NCBI GenBank assembly: GCA_976551045.1
Contig: CDPCPM010000410.1
Coordinates: 1,612,001-1,676,000, forward strand
DNA from: Glaucostegus cemiculus
Lineage: Eukaryota
Length of the DNA: 64,000 nucleotides
Reading direction: 5' to 3'
How positions within the stretch are numbered: position 1 is the stretch's first letter; each line of letters opens with the position of its first letter. Below are positions 63,286-64,000 of the stretch, piece by piece. Below the pieces are notes generated by a model that had not been told where the DNA came from, searched no databases, and saw nothing but the letters and a program-made list of their open reading frames with translations. The translations under genes were made by a program, and so were the position numbers.

Positions 63286-63957
63286 AATACCAGTTCAAAA
63301 TAGAGTCCCAGACCTGCCATCAGTTGTGGCAGGGTTTACACGCTATAACAGGCTACAAAACAAAGTCAGGCAGCATTGTCAACAACAGTGCATCCCTTCC
63401 TGATGAGCTTAATGTATTCTATGCATGTTTTCAACAAAAGGGAATTGGCTTGTCACCACCCACCTTGACAGCCTCCAATGCAACTGAACCTGTGGTCAGT
63501 GTTGAGGATGTAAGATCAGTCTCCTGGAGAGAGAACCTGAGGAAAGCATCTGGCCTGGATGGTGTCCCTGGCCGTGTCTTCAGATATTGTGCTGATCAGT
63601 TGGCTTGGGTATTTGCAGACATATTTAACCTCTCCATTTCAATCTGGGGTTCCCACCTGTTTTAAGATGACCACTATCATCCCAGTACCTAAGAAAAACA
63701 AGTTAACATGCCTCAATGACTACCGACCAATGGCTCTGACATCCACCATCATGAAGTGCTTCAAGAAGCTGGTCATGGCACACATTAACTCCAGCCTCCC
63801 GGAAAACCTCGACCCACTGCAATTCGCCTACCACTGAAATGGGTCAACAGCGGACGCCATCTCTCTGGCCCTAAACTCATCTCTGGAGCATCTGGACAGT
63901 AAAGTCACCTACATTAGACTATTGTTTATTGTCTACAGCTCCATCTTCAATATTATA
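63286..63957 (+). mobile_element. Rex1/Babar-type LINE RT N-terminal fragment
   Basis: WQGLHAITGYK...LPDELNVFY...[12 protein letters not shown]...[26 protein letters not shown]...LDPLQFAY...[12 protein letters not shown]. Confidence 0.92.
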
Positions 63958-64000
63958 ATATAATATTATAATATAATATTGAAGATGAAGGGATCCGACA

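Noticed and set aside
1-64000. Short 60-130-aa ORFs as host genes
   Set aside because: Most are antisense or alternative frames of repeats, or chance ORFs with non-ATG starts. None has a recognisable domain or forms an exon chain.

Overview
AT-rich vertebrate non-coding DNA (intronic or intergenic). The repeat repertoire points to a cartilaginous fish, probably a ray or sawfish; this is an inference from the repeats alone. No host protein-coding exon, RNA gene or CRISPR array could be supported. Every ORF with a recognisable product belongs to a transposable element: CR1-type LINEs (two young copies, 6895-8036 and 45862-47751), Rex1/Babar-type LINE pieces (one with an uninterrupted C-terminal ORF, 49563-50388), Penelope-like elements (RT and GIY-YIG remnants plus ends carrying minimal hammerhead-ribozyme motifs), tRNA-derived V-SINEs, older SINEs, and fossil PIF/Harbinger DNA transposons (transposase plus Myb/SANT ORF2). 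Highlights: (1) one V-SINE head/body joined to two different LINE tails (Rex1-type vs CR1-type); (2) hammerhead motifs, and fold-back elements whose arms meet at the ribozyme core; (3) a three-level nest, Harbinger > Rex1 > CR1; (4) templated duplications and a hairpin at element breakpoints. All family calls are by eye from motifs, and boundaries of old elements are approximate. No database search was run.
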